Shown here in pieces: positions 12,025 to 26,310 of a stretch of 64,000 bases of DNA (positions are counted from its first letter, which is position 1; each line of letters begins with the position of its first letter). The DNA is from Nageia nagi (Eukaryota; Plantae; Pinophyta). The position numbers and the translations under genes were made by a program. Below the pieces are notes generated by a model, which was not told where the DNA came from, did no database searches, and worked only from the letters and a program-made list of their open reading frames with translations. The DNA lies in NCBI GenBank assembly GCA_050084985.1, contig JBITNC010000002.1:8494001-8558000 (forward strand). Direction: 5' to 3'.

Positions 12025-13757
12025 TAATCTAGAGATCATATTGTCATAGTGGATTTTACCAAAGGTCCTTATGATGGAATTTGATCTTATTTGATATTTA
12101 TCTGGTATTATTTTTTATTTTCTATCTTTGTTGTAAGTTTTCAAATATATTTTAAGCATTCTAACAAGTTACCACATACTACGAGGTGCTTTTTGATCAT
12201 TTTCATGATTTGAGACTCTATCATTGATGTCATCATCTACCATAGTCTAAGAAATGCATTACTGTTGTTCAAGAGCTTTATCGTTGATATTATTATTTTC
12301 ATAGTGTGGCATTTAGTGGTTAAGTCTTTTCAAAGTGTGGCATAAGTATTACTAATATCATCATCTTTACGATGCAATATTCAATATTGAAGTGTTTTTC
12401 AAGGTGAGATATATCTTGTGTTAACATCATCATCTTTGTGGTATGATGTTTAGTGTTGAAGTATTTTCCAAGATGCATCATCTCTTGTACTAACAACATC
12501 ATCTTCATAATACAACATTCAATGTTGGATTATTTATCAAGGTAAAACATCTCTTATGTTGACATCATCATCTTTATGGTATGGTGAACATAGTTGAAGT
12601 GCTTTACCAAAGTACGATAACTATTTCTAATATCATCATCTTTGCAACATGGAATTAATTAAAAGACTTTACCAAGGTATGACATAACTATTTCTAATAT
12701 CATCATCTTTGCAACATGGCATTAGTTGAAAGGCTTTACCAAAATGCATCATCTCTTGGACTAACATCATCATCTTGGCAATGTAACATTCAGTGTTGAA
12801 GTATTTGTTGAGGTACAACATCTCTTATGTTAACATCATCATCTTTATGGTACAATGAACATAATTGAAGGGCTTTACCAAAGTACTACATAACTATTTC
12901 TAATATCACCATCTTTGCAACATGGCATTAGTTGAAAGGCTTTACCAAAGTGCAGCATAAGTGTTATTATATCATCATCTTTGTAGCATAATTTCTAGTA
13001 GTTTAATCTTATCAAAGTGTGGCATAGGTGATGATGACATCATTGGCTTCACAACATAATGTATAGTGGTTTAAGCTTATTGAAGTGTGGTATATTTGGT
13101 GTTGATGTAATTAGTTCATGATTTAACATTATTGTTATTGAATTGAATTTATAAATTATAGCACAAAAATGTAGTTAAAGGACTAATTTTATCACTAATG
13201 ATATAACCAATGTTGATCTTCATATAGAACCATTGTAACAACCCAACACAAATCAAAAGGGGAGTTGAAGAGGTTATAGAAGTGGTATAGTTTGTCGAGG
13301 AAGTTGAAATAATTGAGAGGAATCTAAGGGGATGTTTGTTTTGATTATAAAACTTCTAAAGAGCTTTTTTATGGGGATCGATGTATTTTGGATGTTGTTG
13401 ATGTGTGAAAAGAAGTATGTTTCTTTATTTTTTAGAGTGTTTACATAAGCATATGGGATTAAGAGGAAATATTAAGGACATTATTATCCTCTTAGTTTTT
13501 AATGGATGTAATATTCATAGATAAATAATTGATAAGAAGATAGACAAATTGAACTACTTACACATTGGAAGGAACCTATATATATCCTTGTATTGAATTT
13601 ATTATGTGTGTGTTTCATTTTTAATGTAAATTGTTATTTAGAGTTTTATTGTATTCCCTACTGGGATATGAATATAGCAATAAGAAAACTAAATATTAAA
13701 TTAAAATTTGTATTTGAGGACTTGTGTATGCTATAAGAATCTAGTGATTACAAATCA
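12025..13757 (+). repeat. 5' LTR of Gypsy 12025-24550 containing a ~62-bp tandem array (ATCATCATCTT core)
   Basis: Aligns with 23167-24550 at roughly 75-80% by eye; array at about 12220-13120. Confidence 0.85.
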
Positions 13758-14804
13758 CATGCTATCAAAGCATTGAGTTTGAGTTTCTTGAAGATTATCG
13801 ATGCATGGTAGAAGATCTCATAATCCTGATTTAGTTCCATTGAATGCAAAAGTTGAAACAAGGACTAGAAACTCTACCATGGAAGGATTTGAGGAAAATC
13901 TTAAATCGATAACTAGCAAAGATATGCATATGTCATAATTATAATTTGAGAGACAATTTTGGAAATGGAGAATAATCTAAATTACCTCATAGAGTTTATG
14001 GTGATGAGTAAACAATTTATAAATAAAGAACCAAAAAATCATAATAATAATGAGGAAAAAAAGCCCAAGATTTCAAACCATCCTTCTTCTTTAGCAATAC
14101 CTTTCAAAGTAGAATCCAAGGTGGACATTCCTACATTTGGAGGTGAAGTTGATGCTAGGAAGCTTAACAACTGGTTGAAATAATTAGAGATATTTTTCCA
14201 AATTCATGATGTTGAATATATTCATAATATTTCTTTTTTCATACTCAAAATGGGGGGTCATGCCTTAGTTTAGTGGTAAAGCCATGTTGAATCCCTTAGG
14301 CATAAAAATCAACCATCTATCTATTCATGGGATGAATTCATGAAAATACTTAGGAATCAATTCTATTCATTGGTACATTATAATAAAAAACTCTTTAAAT
14401 GGAAATTCTTATGCTAGAAGAAGGATAATCAATCCAATACTACTCTGTAGAGTTTAAAAAGCAAGCTACCTTCCTAGGTATTTCTTTGAAGAATTCATAG
14501 ATTGTGATGAAATATGTTGGAGGAATTCATAGTCATATTAGATTAATCATTATGTTATTAAATCCAAAATATGTATAACAAGTAAGTGTCAAAGCATAAT
14601 ACATGGAGGAAGATCAAGGAAAGAATCATATTGATGAACACTCCAACCAATATCAGTAGAAGAAAGGTGAACTTGATAAGGGGAAATCTCAAGAAAATGG
14701 TAAAGCAAAATCACAAGAGAGTAAAAATACTAACACTACCAAGAAATAGGAGATAAATAAGCATTATTCATATTACAAAAGGGATGGTCATACTAAGAAT
14801 AAAG

Positions 14805-16010
14805 TTGTCAATCAACTAGTTTGTTGAACAAATTTTACCAGCCTTTCTCTCAGGATCAATCCTATCACTTGCCATAAATTTTTGCTTGGTATCCATACAC
14901 ACACTAATGATAATAGCCAATTTTATAACAGCCTCATCCATGTAGGCAAACATCATATTAACTATTACAAAATTATACATAAGGATTACAAGTTTTAATT
15001 ACTCATGAAAGACTCATTAATTATCATGCTCTAACTATTTATAAAGTAATTACAATGGCTAGGAAATATGTGCTTGCCTCTTCTCAACTAGTACTAGACT
15101 ATTCTACTATTAATTAATGCTTGATCAACCAACTATAATGTACTATCCTCATTTGTCTTGAGCTCCTTTAGTTTGATGGTTTTAGGTAATCTTTGAGTAT
15201 TTTGATGCATTTATTACTAGAATCCTTTAGGAAACTTCAATGTCTTCATTATCCTCTGATCAAGCATACCTTTTCAGAGTACTTGCATAGCTTTTGTAAC
15301 TTTGGCTAGCTATTATTATATAAATTTAATCAATTTTGGGGATTTACTCTCCAATTTTATATTGACTATGTAGGGTACTTATTTGAATGATGTGACTAAG
15401 GAGGGGGCTATTTGTAATGAATACTAAGGTGCCATGTAGAAATATTGATGTGGTTAATATATTGGCATCACCTTAGGTCTTTATCTATATTTTCCTACTG
15501 TTGAATTTCTTTTTTAATGTTCTACATTATGTTTCTAAGGATTATGTATTTGTTCATTTTTGAGACCTATGATCTCGAGTTCTTATGATTTAGGCCATCT
15601 CTATGTGTTATTTGTTTCCAACGCTCAATCAATCTTAAGGCATTTAGGCCATGAAGTTGTTGGATATGGGGCATTTTACTTTCTAATATGACATTAGTGG
15701 TTAAATATTCCACATCTCTATGATTTACCAACACTTGAGTTCTTTTGAGGTTTGCAAGTTTGGGGTTCATTAGAGTCGGGAGCCTTTAAGTTTAGGAGTG
15801 ATGTTAGCTACAAGATCAACTTGAGCTTTATCATTCATCCATCCTTAGTTTCCTTTTGATCAAGATTGTAGACCTTGTAGGAAACACTTAGGATCAATAA
15901 TTTTGAATATGTTATAACATAGCTTTAAACATAGCAATTAGTACCCAAAAATATATTTAATTACATTATTGCTTCTTTATACAAAATTAAAGCAAAGAAA
16001 ATTAAAAAGA
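14805..16010 (-). repeat. LTR-like segment, copy 1 (direct repeat of 19530-20735)
   Basis: About 1.2 kb, roughly 80% identical by eye to copy 2; joins abruptly to the host gag Zn-knuckle. Confidence 0.75.
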
Positions 16011-18543
16011 AATTATTGATCCAAAAAATGCAATTTGGTTTTTGCCTTATGAAAAGGGGGGTGTCAAATTTGTTCATGGTGATGAACCAACCATCCTTGG
16101 ATGAATTGATTTTAAGCTAATTCAACATTCAGCATTTTATATCTAAGATGGTACTTGGTGAGCCTTTTAAACATTTAAGTGATCATAATTTATCGATAAA
16201 ACTATAATCTATTTAATGATAGAGATTATGGGAACATTAGTGATAAATGTTCCTCAAAGAGTTTCTACACTCATAAATGGATCTTGGTTTAGAAATCCAA
16301 AATCCAAAATATCAATATCTCATAATATTCTTTAGACACTTCCTATTTACAAAAAAGTGAATAGGATCTTAAGTCTTTGGTAATCCAATCTTATCCAAAA
16401 TGGTCATGCTCAAATACTTAATCAATGAGATTACACATCATTCTTGTAAAATATCCAATCCAAATGAGATTTGTCTCTCATAGACAAGATGACATTACCC
16501 ATTCAATGAAGCACTTGGAACAAAGAATCATAATGTTTACTTCCCATAAACATATATGTATACCTATTAAAAGGATCCTTGCAAAGAGAGGAGGCAATCT
16601 AACTCTAATTTTCGATGTTCAATTTTGTTAAGATGTTACCTTATCCATTAGAAAATGGAAAAAAATGAAAAAAGATAGATTAACTAATAGAGATAAAATA
16701 TTAAGAGTGCAATAAAGAGAGGGAAATGGTATTAGTTGAGGCCAACCTAAGATTCCAACAATTTTAACAAAACCTAGAGAAAGTACCTCTAGCTCAAATA
16801 CACCCCTTCATGTTACTATCCATTTTTTTGGTTGCAAGAGAGCAAAAGATATAGTCACTAATATCTCATTTGTCATACTTTAAAAAATAGGAAACATACA
16901 AATGATGCAAACATTTAAGTCATCCAAATACTATATAATGAAACAAAAGGGTAAAGGCCTTCATACTCAATTTGGTTTGGAAAAATAGATATTCCATTAT
17001 TAAGAGGGAAATGATGAGATATCCAAACTCCTATATTACATCGATATGAGTTGTATATATAGCTTCAGATTTAGAAAATATATACCAATAGTAATATGAG
17101 AATCTAAGAAAGAGTCTAATGTTACAATTTGTATGTGATTAACTAAAATAACAAAATTATGAAATCTATAAAAATATCTAAGCTACAATTTGAATACATA
17201 CCCATAAACTCTTAAATTTATGCTAATGATAACTAAATTTTATCTTTAGCACCCAGATGCATATGGGAATTCTAGTTTATAAAAGAGTAGAGAAATGTTG
17301 GAAGCTTCTTTTTAATATTTACAATGTTGTAAGCTTGTTTTTAATATTTTTCCAAACTTTGGGTAGTAAAAATTAGATTACTAATTATTTTGACCAAAAG
17401 GAAATGTTGTTGTAGATTCTAATGGATTTAGATGTATATTGCTAGGTTTTGGGTAAGCTAGTCACAATATGATACTATCAGAATTTAGGCAAGTATAAGA
17501 TATCTTAATTGATAATCAAATTGCAATACTCTTCAAGGATGCCTTGGTAATAGTTTGGCCTTACTTCAAGAAGTTGCATGGAATACAAAGTTTGTCAAGT
17601 TTTGGGAACCTTGTTTACTTACAAAGTTGTCAAGTTATGGAAAATTTCATCTATCTCAAAGCTTTTTGCACTTTGGAAAAAATGTGCTAATGAAGGATAT
17701 CGCCTAGCTCAGGGAAAAAGGTTTAACAAATCAAAACCATCAGACTTCAGGAAAGCTCTCTTTCATCAAGCTACTACTATTTTGAATGCTTCTAAAATAT
17801 CTCAAACTTGTTAAAAAATAACTTAGGCATTAATAAATAACTTCCCTACTTACTAAAAGTTGCAATTTCTATAACAAAAATCTTATATACAAAATAATGT
17901 GACCATTAGAAATTAAATATTTCTCTTATCCCAAAATTTTTTGCCTCAACCAGTCTAATATGGAGATCTTATCTACCAAAGGTGATCTTCATAGTTGGTA
18001 CATGATGGGGAAGGTGGGTTAGAAAAAATGCCAGGAGGGTAGGCTTCTTCAACATTTCATGTATCATGATATTGCTTCCTTCTCCCAAACAAGTATTATC
18101 TTTAGTTTCCTCAAATCACTACATGAATTATTATGGCCTTCATTCTAATAACCCATGACACTTGCAAAATTATACTTTAATGTGTGTAAACTAAGAGGAA
18201 GGGTATTAGGGGGAAATGGAGAAGAGGAGAGTAGACAAACCTTCAAGGAAGGGATAATTTATCAATGGGTAAGAAGGCAATCTGTAATGTGGGTTACCAT
18301 GATTGTGCATGGGTGAAGGAAACTGTGGGGTGATTTTATGGGAGGGAGCAAACCATTATGTATGGGGAGTGTAGGTGTGGAGATAAAAAATAGAACACCT
18401 ATGAATAGAGTGGAGATGAGGGTGTTAGAATATCCCTATTTACATGGCCACCATATCATAATATAAATTTGCAAGCTTCACATGACATCATTTCTTATTC
18501 CTCAGCTCCATCATCATCCTCTTTTTTCTCCTTTGGAATATGA

Positions 18544-19430
18544 TGTTGGAATTTATAATGAATTATTGTAAGGTCTCTTAATGTGAATTCAATTAATACT
18601 CAAGGTATCAAGGTACCTTAGATACCTTAAGTATTTATTGAATAAGGTAATGTAAATTCACTAATACTTAAGTATATAGTGAATAAGGTTGAATAGAGAT
18701 TTAGTCACCTAGGATTAGTTTCTCTCATATGAGGACTTGAAGGCTTTTATTTATAAGTGAATTTGAGTTGTTGTAGACCTACATAGCGCCAAATGGTTCT
18801 CATAATATCCATTTAGCTCTAGATTTGATAAGATATTTAGGCCAATGTTAGGATGTCCTTTGTTTTTCATCTTTATGTGCATCCTTGAATTACATTGGTC
18901 ACATGGATATTCTTTCATTTTATTGTACAGGGACCTATCTTCTTTAGTCTATTTTGTTGATTGTAATATGCTCAAGACATTAGTTAGATATCTCAATCAA
19001 TGCTCCATTTGCAAAATAAATTCAAAATGGTTAATGGATCCCATTGGGTGTACTAAAAACTTTTGATTGGCTAAGTGGAGCTTTGTCATCCAAGAATTGG
19101 ATAAGACAAGTCTTCTAAACTTTGAAATTTTGAATATGCTAGCTCCTATTTCTAACTAAGCATGGAATGCCCTCCATTTTGGTAGGATGAATCATTTGTT
19201 GTAAGGTTAAAATTTTGAAAGAAAGAGAGAAAAATAATGAAAATAAAAGGGAAATACAAGGTGTAGGGTACATGTAAAGATATGGGAAATTACCCTCAAG
19301 CTTGCATGCCCAAATTTTCAATAGCAGGATCATTACAACCACTAAGCTATTAGGAAATGGCCAAATATATTATAAAACTTAGTAAACTAAACTTACTAGC
19401 TTTAGTTTCATAGGAATCCTATGTCTAACA
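18544..19430 (+). mobile_element. Probable solo LTR related to the Copia-B LTR family
   Basis: Begins TGTTGGAATTTATAATGAATTATTGTAAGG, matching the reverse complement of about 40175-40204, and shares the U3 palindrome. Ends ...CTAACA; no clean TSD. Confidence 0.55.
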
Positions 19431-19512
19431 TTTGTAATGCATAGTCTAAATGCCACAACATCAGAAAGGATGAAGGACCTTCACACAAACAGTCAATCAT
19501 TAATGAAACTCA

Positions 19513-20735
19513 TGTTAGAAAGATCAATTGGTCAATCAACAAGTTTATTTAACAAATTTTACCAATTTTTCTCTCAAGGTCAATCCTATCATGTACCATA
19601 TATTCTTGCTTAGTATCTATACACATAGTAATGATAACAATCAATTAACTAATAATTTTATCGATGTAGGCAAACATCATATTAACTCTTACAAAATTAC
19701 ACATAAGAATTATAGGTTTGAGGTATTTAGGAAAGACTTGTTAATTATCATGCTCCAACTACTTATAGAGCAATTACAATGGCTAAGAAATATATTTCTA
19801 CCTCTTCTCAACTAGTACTAGACTATTCTACTACTAGTTAATGTTGGATTAGCCAACTATATTATATTATCCTTGTTGGTTGTGAGCTCATTTAGTCCAA
19901 TGATTTTAGGTAATCTCCAAGTATTTGATGTATTTTATGTTAGGATAATTTAAGAAATATTAATGTCTTCATGATCCTCTAAACGAGCATGCCTTTTTAG
20001 AGTACATGCATAGCTTTTTTTAGCTTTGGCTAGTTATTCTTCTACACATTTGATCAATTTTTGGGATTTATTCTCTGAGTTCATGTCGAATGTGTAGGGT
20101 ACTTATCTAGATAATATGATTAATTAGGGTGCTAGTTGCAACATATACCTAAGCACCATGTAGAAATCCTAAGGTGGTTAACATGTTGGCATTACATTAG
20201 GTCTTCATAGATCTTGCCTCTACTATTTGATTTCCTTTTGAATGTTGTGCATCAAGTTTTTAGGGACTATGTATCTATTCATGTTCAGGATATATGACCT
20301 CCAGGTGTTATGAATTGATCCATCTTTGAGTGCTATTTTTTGCCAATTATCAATCATCCTTAAGGCATTTAGGATCAAGAGTGGTTGGATTTAGGATCTT
20401 TTACTATCCAAGATAACATAAAAGGCTCAAGATTCCCTATCTCTACAATCTACCAGCACTTGAGTTCTTATGAGGTTTGCAAGTTTGGGGTTCATTAGAT
20501 TTGAGAGCCTTTAAGTTCTAGAGAAACATTAGCTACAACATCGACTTGAGTTTCACCAACCATCCATACTTAGTTTCCTTTTGATCAATATTGTAGACTC
20601 GGGTGGGATATTTAGAATCGATAATCTTGTATACATCATATCATGGCTTTAAACATAACAATTAGTACCTGAAAAGAGATTTTATTACATTATTGCTTCT
20701 TTGCACAAAATTGAAGCAAAGAAAACTAGGAAGAA
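19513..20735 (-). repeat. LTR-like segment, copy 2
   Basis: On the minus strand it has a TATA-like CTCTATAAGTA, an AATAAA and the terminus ...CTAACA at 19513; no PBS follows. Confidence 0.75.
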
Positions 20736-23166
20736 ACCTTATACAAAATAATTTGAACATTAGAAATGAAATAATTAACTTTTAAACTTTGGAATACACT
20801 GACTACTTTTATGCGGGTATGAATGAAGTTCTCAGACCATTTCTTGATTCCTTTATTATTATGTATTTGGATGATTTTTTTTCTAGTAATTCCTGGGAAG
20901 AATACTTAGAACATCTTAGACAAGTATTACATACTCTAAAATAAGAAAAAATATTGTTTAAATTAAGCAAGTGTGAGTTTGGAAAGTTATCATTAGTGTA
21001 TCTAGGACATTTTGTTGGTAAAAGATAACTTAAGATAGATCTTGAGAAGGTTGGAGTAATTGTTGAGTGGCCTAGACTCAGTAATGTGATTGATACTTAA
21101 ATCTTCTTAGGGGTTATTCAATACCTTAAGAAATACATTTCTAAGCTTTCTAGCATTGTTTCTCCTTTGCATGATGTTATTGGTGAGAGATTGAATTTTT
21201 AGTGGGGTAAGAAGCAATAAGTATCTTTTTAACTCTTTGAAGTAAAAGATCATAAATACACTAATATTGGCACTTCCCAATCTACAGAAACCATTTAAAA
21301 TTGAGATTAATGCAAGTGAGTATACCATGGGGGTAGTTTTAATGCAAAGGAGAAAACCTATATGTTATCATTTAGATAAATTTAGTGGAATGTGATGAAT
21401 TATCCTACCTTCAAAAATTATTTATATTTTGTAGTATAATCTAGAAAGAAGTGGAAGCATTACTTGATAGGAAAAGAAACTATTATTCATACTAACCATG
21501 AATTGTTGCAATATTAGCAAACTCAATCTAAATTGCAACATGCTTGATATTTCTGGTGGATTGTATTTTTGCAACAATTTCATCTTATGATTAAATACAA
21601 GAAGGGCATCATAAATAAAATTATAGATATGTTATCCAAAGCACTCATTGATAATCAACATATTTCATGTTTGAGCATTATTATGAACTTCAATCCTATT
21701 TTCATGAAGCATATTCAAAAGCATATTTGGAGGATATAAACTTTAAGGAGATTTATTTGAAACTAAAATAGTTTCCTACGTTTGAAGAGGACACTAATAT
21801 TCATATAAAGCATGGACTTATGTATAAGCTTAATTTGCTTTATATATCATAAGGGGAGAGAGTTTAGTCAATTTGGGAAGCTTATTCATCTTGTATTGGT
21901 AGTCATTTTGGAGTGAGATAGACTTTATAAAATCTTCAAAAGTATGTGTATTAGCCTAAGATGCAAGAATAAGTTATAAAGTATATATGGGGCTATGTTC
22001 TGTGTTGCACTAGAAAGCCTAATAATCACAAATTGGGTTTGTATCAACTACTTCTTATTCCAAATAGACCTTGGAAGAGCATTTATATGGACTTTATGGG
22101 AGGATTACCTTTTTCAAACAAGGGGCATAATTACCTATTTATTGTAGTGGATAGGTTTAGTAATATGTGTGTGTTAATTCCATGCAAGAAGACCCTTACT
22201 AGATAAGATGCAACAAACCTCTTCTTTTCTCATATTTGGGTACATTTTTGTTTGCCTAGTTCTATTGTTTCAAATAGGGATAGTATATTTTTGGGCAAGT
22301 TTTGGACCAAATTATGGTGAATATGGATTCTAAGTTGAAGAGAAGTACTACCTTTAATCCTTAAACTAACTGATAAACTAACATAGTGAATAGGATAGTA
22401 GTATGACTATTGTGTGGGTAGTTTGGCAACCATCCTAAGACCTAAGCTAAGAATCTTATGTATATCCATCATTCCTATAATAGAGTTATATATACTTCCA
22501 CTATTAAATATCCATTTGAAGCATGTTTTGGGTATCTTACATTATCATCATTTGATTGTATTTTTGGACAATAGAAAGATCTAGATGAGTCAGTTATGAA
22601 GGAAGAACATAAGCTAAAAGGTTCATTGAGAATATCTTCTAGGTTCACCTTAAGGTCTAGGAACAACTCAAGATAAGCTAAACAAAGCATAATATGAGAT
22701 ATGATAAGCAAGGTGTTGATCACAAGTTTCAAGTTGGTAATCAAGTTTGGCTTTATTTCAATAAAGAGCAGTTAGAAGGACCAAGTAAGAAGCTAAAACT
22801 AATTAGATATGGACCATTTAATATTCTATATAAAGTTAGTGAGAATGGCTTCAAGTTGAATTTACCTTCCTATATGAATATTTCAATTGTTAATATAGAG
22901 ATCTTAAAGTTATTTAAGCCCTTTATGATGATTGAACTATAAATTAAGGAAGTTCAGGTATTATGATACATTGAAGGAATATTCTATTTGGCAAGAGAGG
23001 GTTTGGACTACATGAAGGAGATAACAAGAAATTTGGTTAGTTTGGTTGAGGAGATATATGCCCAAAATGATCAAATGGTATGATAAAGGAAAGGTGGGGA
23101 ATTATTTTCCCATCTAATTGGAAACTAAACATTTGTGGGATCAAACACCTACCCATTAAGGATGTA

Positions 23167-24550
23167 TGATTCAAAGATCAAATTATGAGTGTGGATTTTA
23201 CTAGAGGTCCTCAAGATAGAATTTGATTTTATTTGGTATTATTTTGTATTTTTCAACTTTTTCACAAGTTGTCAAATGCATTTTGAGCATTGATGTGAGT
23301 TATCATGTACTATAGGGTATTTTATGCTCTTTACCATGATTCAATATTATATCATTGATATCATCATCTACCATGATGTAGGAAATGCATTACCATTTTT
23401 TGGGAGATTTATCATTGATGCCATCATCTTCACAATGCAAAGTTCAATGGTTAAGCCTTTCCAAGGTTTAGTATAAGTGCTGGTGATATCATTATCTTCA
23501 TGACACAACATTCAATGTTGAATTTTTTGTCAATATGTAACATATCTTGTGCTAATATCATCATCTTTATGGTATGGTGTTTAGTGTTGGAATATTTTCT
23601 TAGGTACAAAATATTTTATGTTAATGTCATCATCTTTATGGTGCAACATTCAATGTTGAAGTGTTTTTCAAGGTGTGGTATCTCTTATGTTGATATCATC
23701 ATATTTACAATATGATGTTAGTTGAAGGGATTTATTGGAGTGCAACATAAGTGTTGTTGATTTCATGATCTTCATGATGTGGCATTAGTTGAAGGGATTT
23801 ATCAAAGTGTGACATAAGTGTTATAGATATCATCATCTTCACAACATGATGTCTAATGGTTAAACTTATTGAATTGAAACATACTGGATGTTGACATCAT
23901 CAATTTATGGTATGATATCATTTTTGTTGACTCAAATTTGTAAATCATGACACAATAATGCAATTAAAGGCTTGACTTTGTCATTCATGGCATGGCTACC
24001 ATTGATCTTCATATAAAACTATTGTAATGATATTATATATGTCAAAAGGGTAGTTCAAGAGGTTAGAGAAGTGGTAAAGTTTATGGAGGAAGTTGAAATT
24101 ACTGAGAGGAATCTAGGGGCATATCTATTTTCGTTATAAAACTTTTGGAGACCTTTATTCTAGGGATTGATGGATTTTAGATGTTGTTGGTGCATGAGAA
24201 GGAATTTTGTTTCTTTATTTATCAAGTTATTTTAGAAGCATATGGTATTGAGAGGAAATGTTGAGGATTTTATTCTCCTCTTGATTTTCAATGGAAGTAA
24301 TATTATTAGATAAATAATTGATAAGAAGATGATCCAACTTGACTTCTTGAAAGGAACCAATATAAATCCTTGTGTTGAATTTGTTGTGTGCATTTATTTT
24401 ACTACAAATTATTATTTGAAATTTTATAATTTTACCTACATGATTTTATCCTACTATAATATGAATGTATCAATAATAAAATTGAACATCGAGTTAGAAT
24501 TTGTATTTGAGGACTCATGTATATTATAAGCATATGATGATTACATAGCA
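23167..24550 (+). repeat. 3' LTR of Gypsy 12025-24550
   Basis: TGAT start after a decayed PPT, ends ..AGCA; fewer 62-bp units than the 5' LTR. Confidence 0.85.
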
Positions 24551-25790
24551 CTATCTTGTCCATGCTTGTACAATTCGACCATTGTTGAACCAAAGGAGGT
24601 TCTTGATATCATAATTTAGACTCTAATATACCAATGTTCTAAAAAACATATTCTTGTAGAAAAAGGACCCCAAATATATCTCAAAATGGGACCCAAAAAT
24701 TCACTTAGAGAAGGAAAACAATTGCCCAACCAAGAATTTTTTTTAAGTCTAAAAAACCACTATGGTATAATATTTCTATGTGTTCTTAATTATAAATATT
24801 TGAATAGCACTTGGAAACAATCCTCTCCTCTTTGCTACACACTTCACCTTAGAAGTTATACCGAATGTAAGAGCATGTAGTAACAAATATTTCATTATAT
24901 TGTATGATCTCACATTTGGTACAACTTCTAGAGATACACAATCTAGTATATTTTCCAATGTGTTGAATTCATTTATATAGTTGTAAACTATAAGAAACAA
25001 TGACATGATTGTAAGCATATAATTAGAAAAAATGAGTACTATGATATATATGATAAAGACACATATAAAATACACAAGGCCTTGATATACATATATGAAA
25101 AATGTGAAAGAATACATAAGGCTTGGAAATTATTTGATAAAATAATATGTGAAAGCATGCATATAAAAAGTAAGCTTATGTACTTAGCATAGTTACAAAT
25201 CATATTTGAATCTTATTGTGCCCTTATTTGTGTTTATGTTTCATCTACATTGCATAATATTTATGTCCAAAAACATGACCCAAAAGATTATGTGATTGTT
25301 GTAACAATCCTATCAAGAAGTGGAAAATTTCCTTTTTCATGCTTATATAATTAGACCATCGTTGAACCAAAGGAGGTTCATAGATTCACAATTTGGAGTT
25401 TAATATATTAGCTTTTTAAAAATCATATGCTTGTAGAAAAATAAGTGCAAAAGATGTTTCAAAATGGGGCCCAAAATTCCACTTGGAGAAGAAAAGTAAT
25501 TACCTAGATAAGAAATTTTCTAAGTGTCAAAAACCACTATGGTATAACATTTATATGTGTTCTTACTTGAAAATATCTAGTGCAACTTCTACAGATAAGC
25601 CTCTAGTGTATCTTCCATTATGGTAGAATCATTTATGCACTTATAGACTATAACCAACAATGGCATTATTATAAGCATAGACTTGTAAAAATGTAAAATA
25701 ATAGACAAGGCTTGAAAATTATTTGACAAAATAATATATGAAAGCATGTATAGAAAAAATATGCTAGTGTTCTTAGCATAATTGTAGATC
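24551..25790 (+). repeat. ~780-bp tandem repeat (a third copy at ~11600-12024 was split off by the Gypsy insertion), containing a PPR-like fragment
   Basis: AAAATTC..TT(A/G)GAGAAG.AAA...AAAAACCA recurs at about 11612, 24696 and 25473. GACCAT(T/C)GTTGAACCAAAGGAGGTTC occurs at about 24577 and 25354. YEKCERIHKAWKLFDK-like coding relics at about 25090-25140 and 25685-25730. Confidence 0.75.
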
Positions 25791-26094
25791 GTAATTATCG
25801 ATATGTATTTTTTTAAGTACAAGAATACAAGGAGCATCAATTACTTGATAAGATTAGATGTATATTAAATATAGAAGAATGCCTATTGTACCAACACATA
25901 TTCTCTCCTTTCCTCTCCTCTCCTCTACCCCCTCATCTTTAAAAATTAAAAAAATGAAATGCCTGATAATTTATATCACTTTTTGATAGGTATATTACAA
26001 TAGTCACATCATATTTTTGGCCTTGTGTTTAAACATGTATTATTATGCAAAGATAAGCACAATAATATTTACATATGCTCTACAATTATAGTCA

Positions 26095-26310
26095 AATGAT
26101 CAAGAATACCTATATTATCAAGCACCAAGTAGATATGTACATAAAATATGGAAGATGCATGATGTAATCATAATTTCATGGACTTTAATGATTGAAGTAT
26201 ATGCAACCCATGGTTACAATAAGGATTCCCCTCAACATTGATCTAATGATGCATAAAGATAAGTAAAATAAGATGGATGATGTAAACATGGTTTCATGGG
26301 ATAGCCATTT
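26095..26310 (+). pseudogene. PLS-class PPR motif fragments
   Basis: VDMYIKYG, KMHDVIIISWTLMIEVYATHGYNKDS and KMDDVNMVSW (cf. LVDMYAKCG..LFDKM..xVVSWTAMIAGYAxHG). Confidence 0.7.

Larger units (their letters stand above)
12025..24550 (+). mobile_element. Degenerate Ty3/gypsy LTR retrotransposon (CRM-like) with ~6 kb of foreign DNA inside
   Basis: LTR pair 12025-13757 and 23167-24550; TSD ATATC/CTATC; decayed Met PBS TGCTATCAAAGC at 13760. gag at about 13800-14800 (KVDIPTFGGEVDARKLNNWL; Zn-knuckle relic). RT-RH-INT at about 20780-23130 (NEVLRPFLDSFIIMYLDD, IEINASEY, PNRPWKSIYMDFMGGLP). The joined flanks match an uninterrupted repeat copy at about 25300-25380. Confidence 0.88.

Noticed and set aside
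12220-13120. CRISPR-like repeat-spacer array
   Set aside because: The 'spacers' are homologous to each other (a tandem 62-mer inside an LTR); eukaryotic context and no cas genes.
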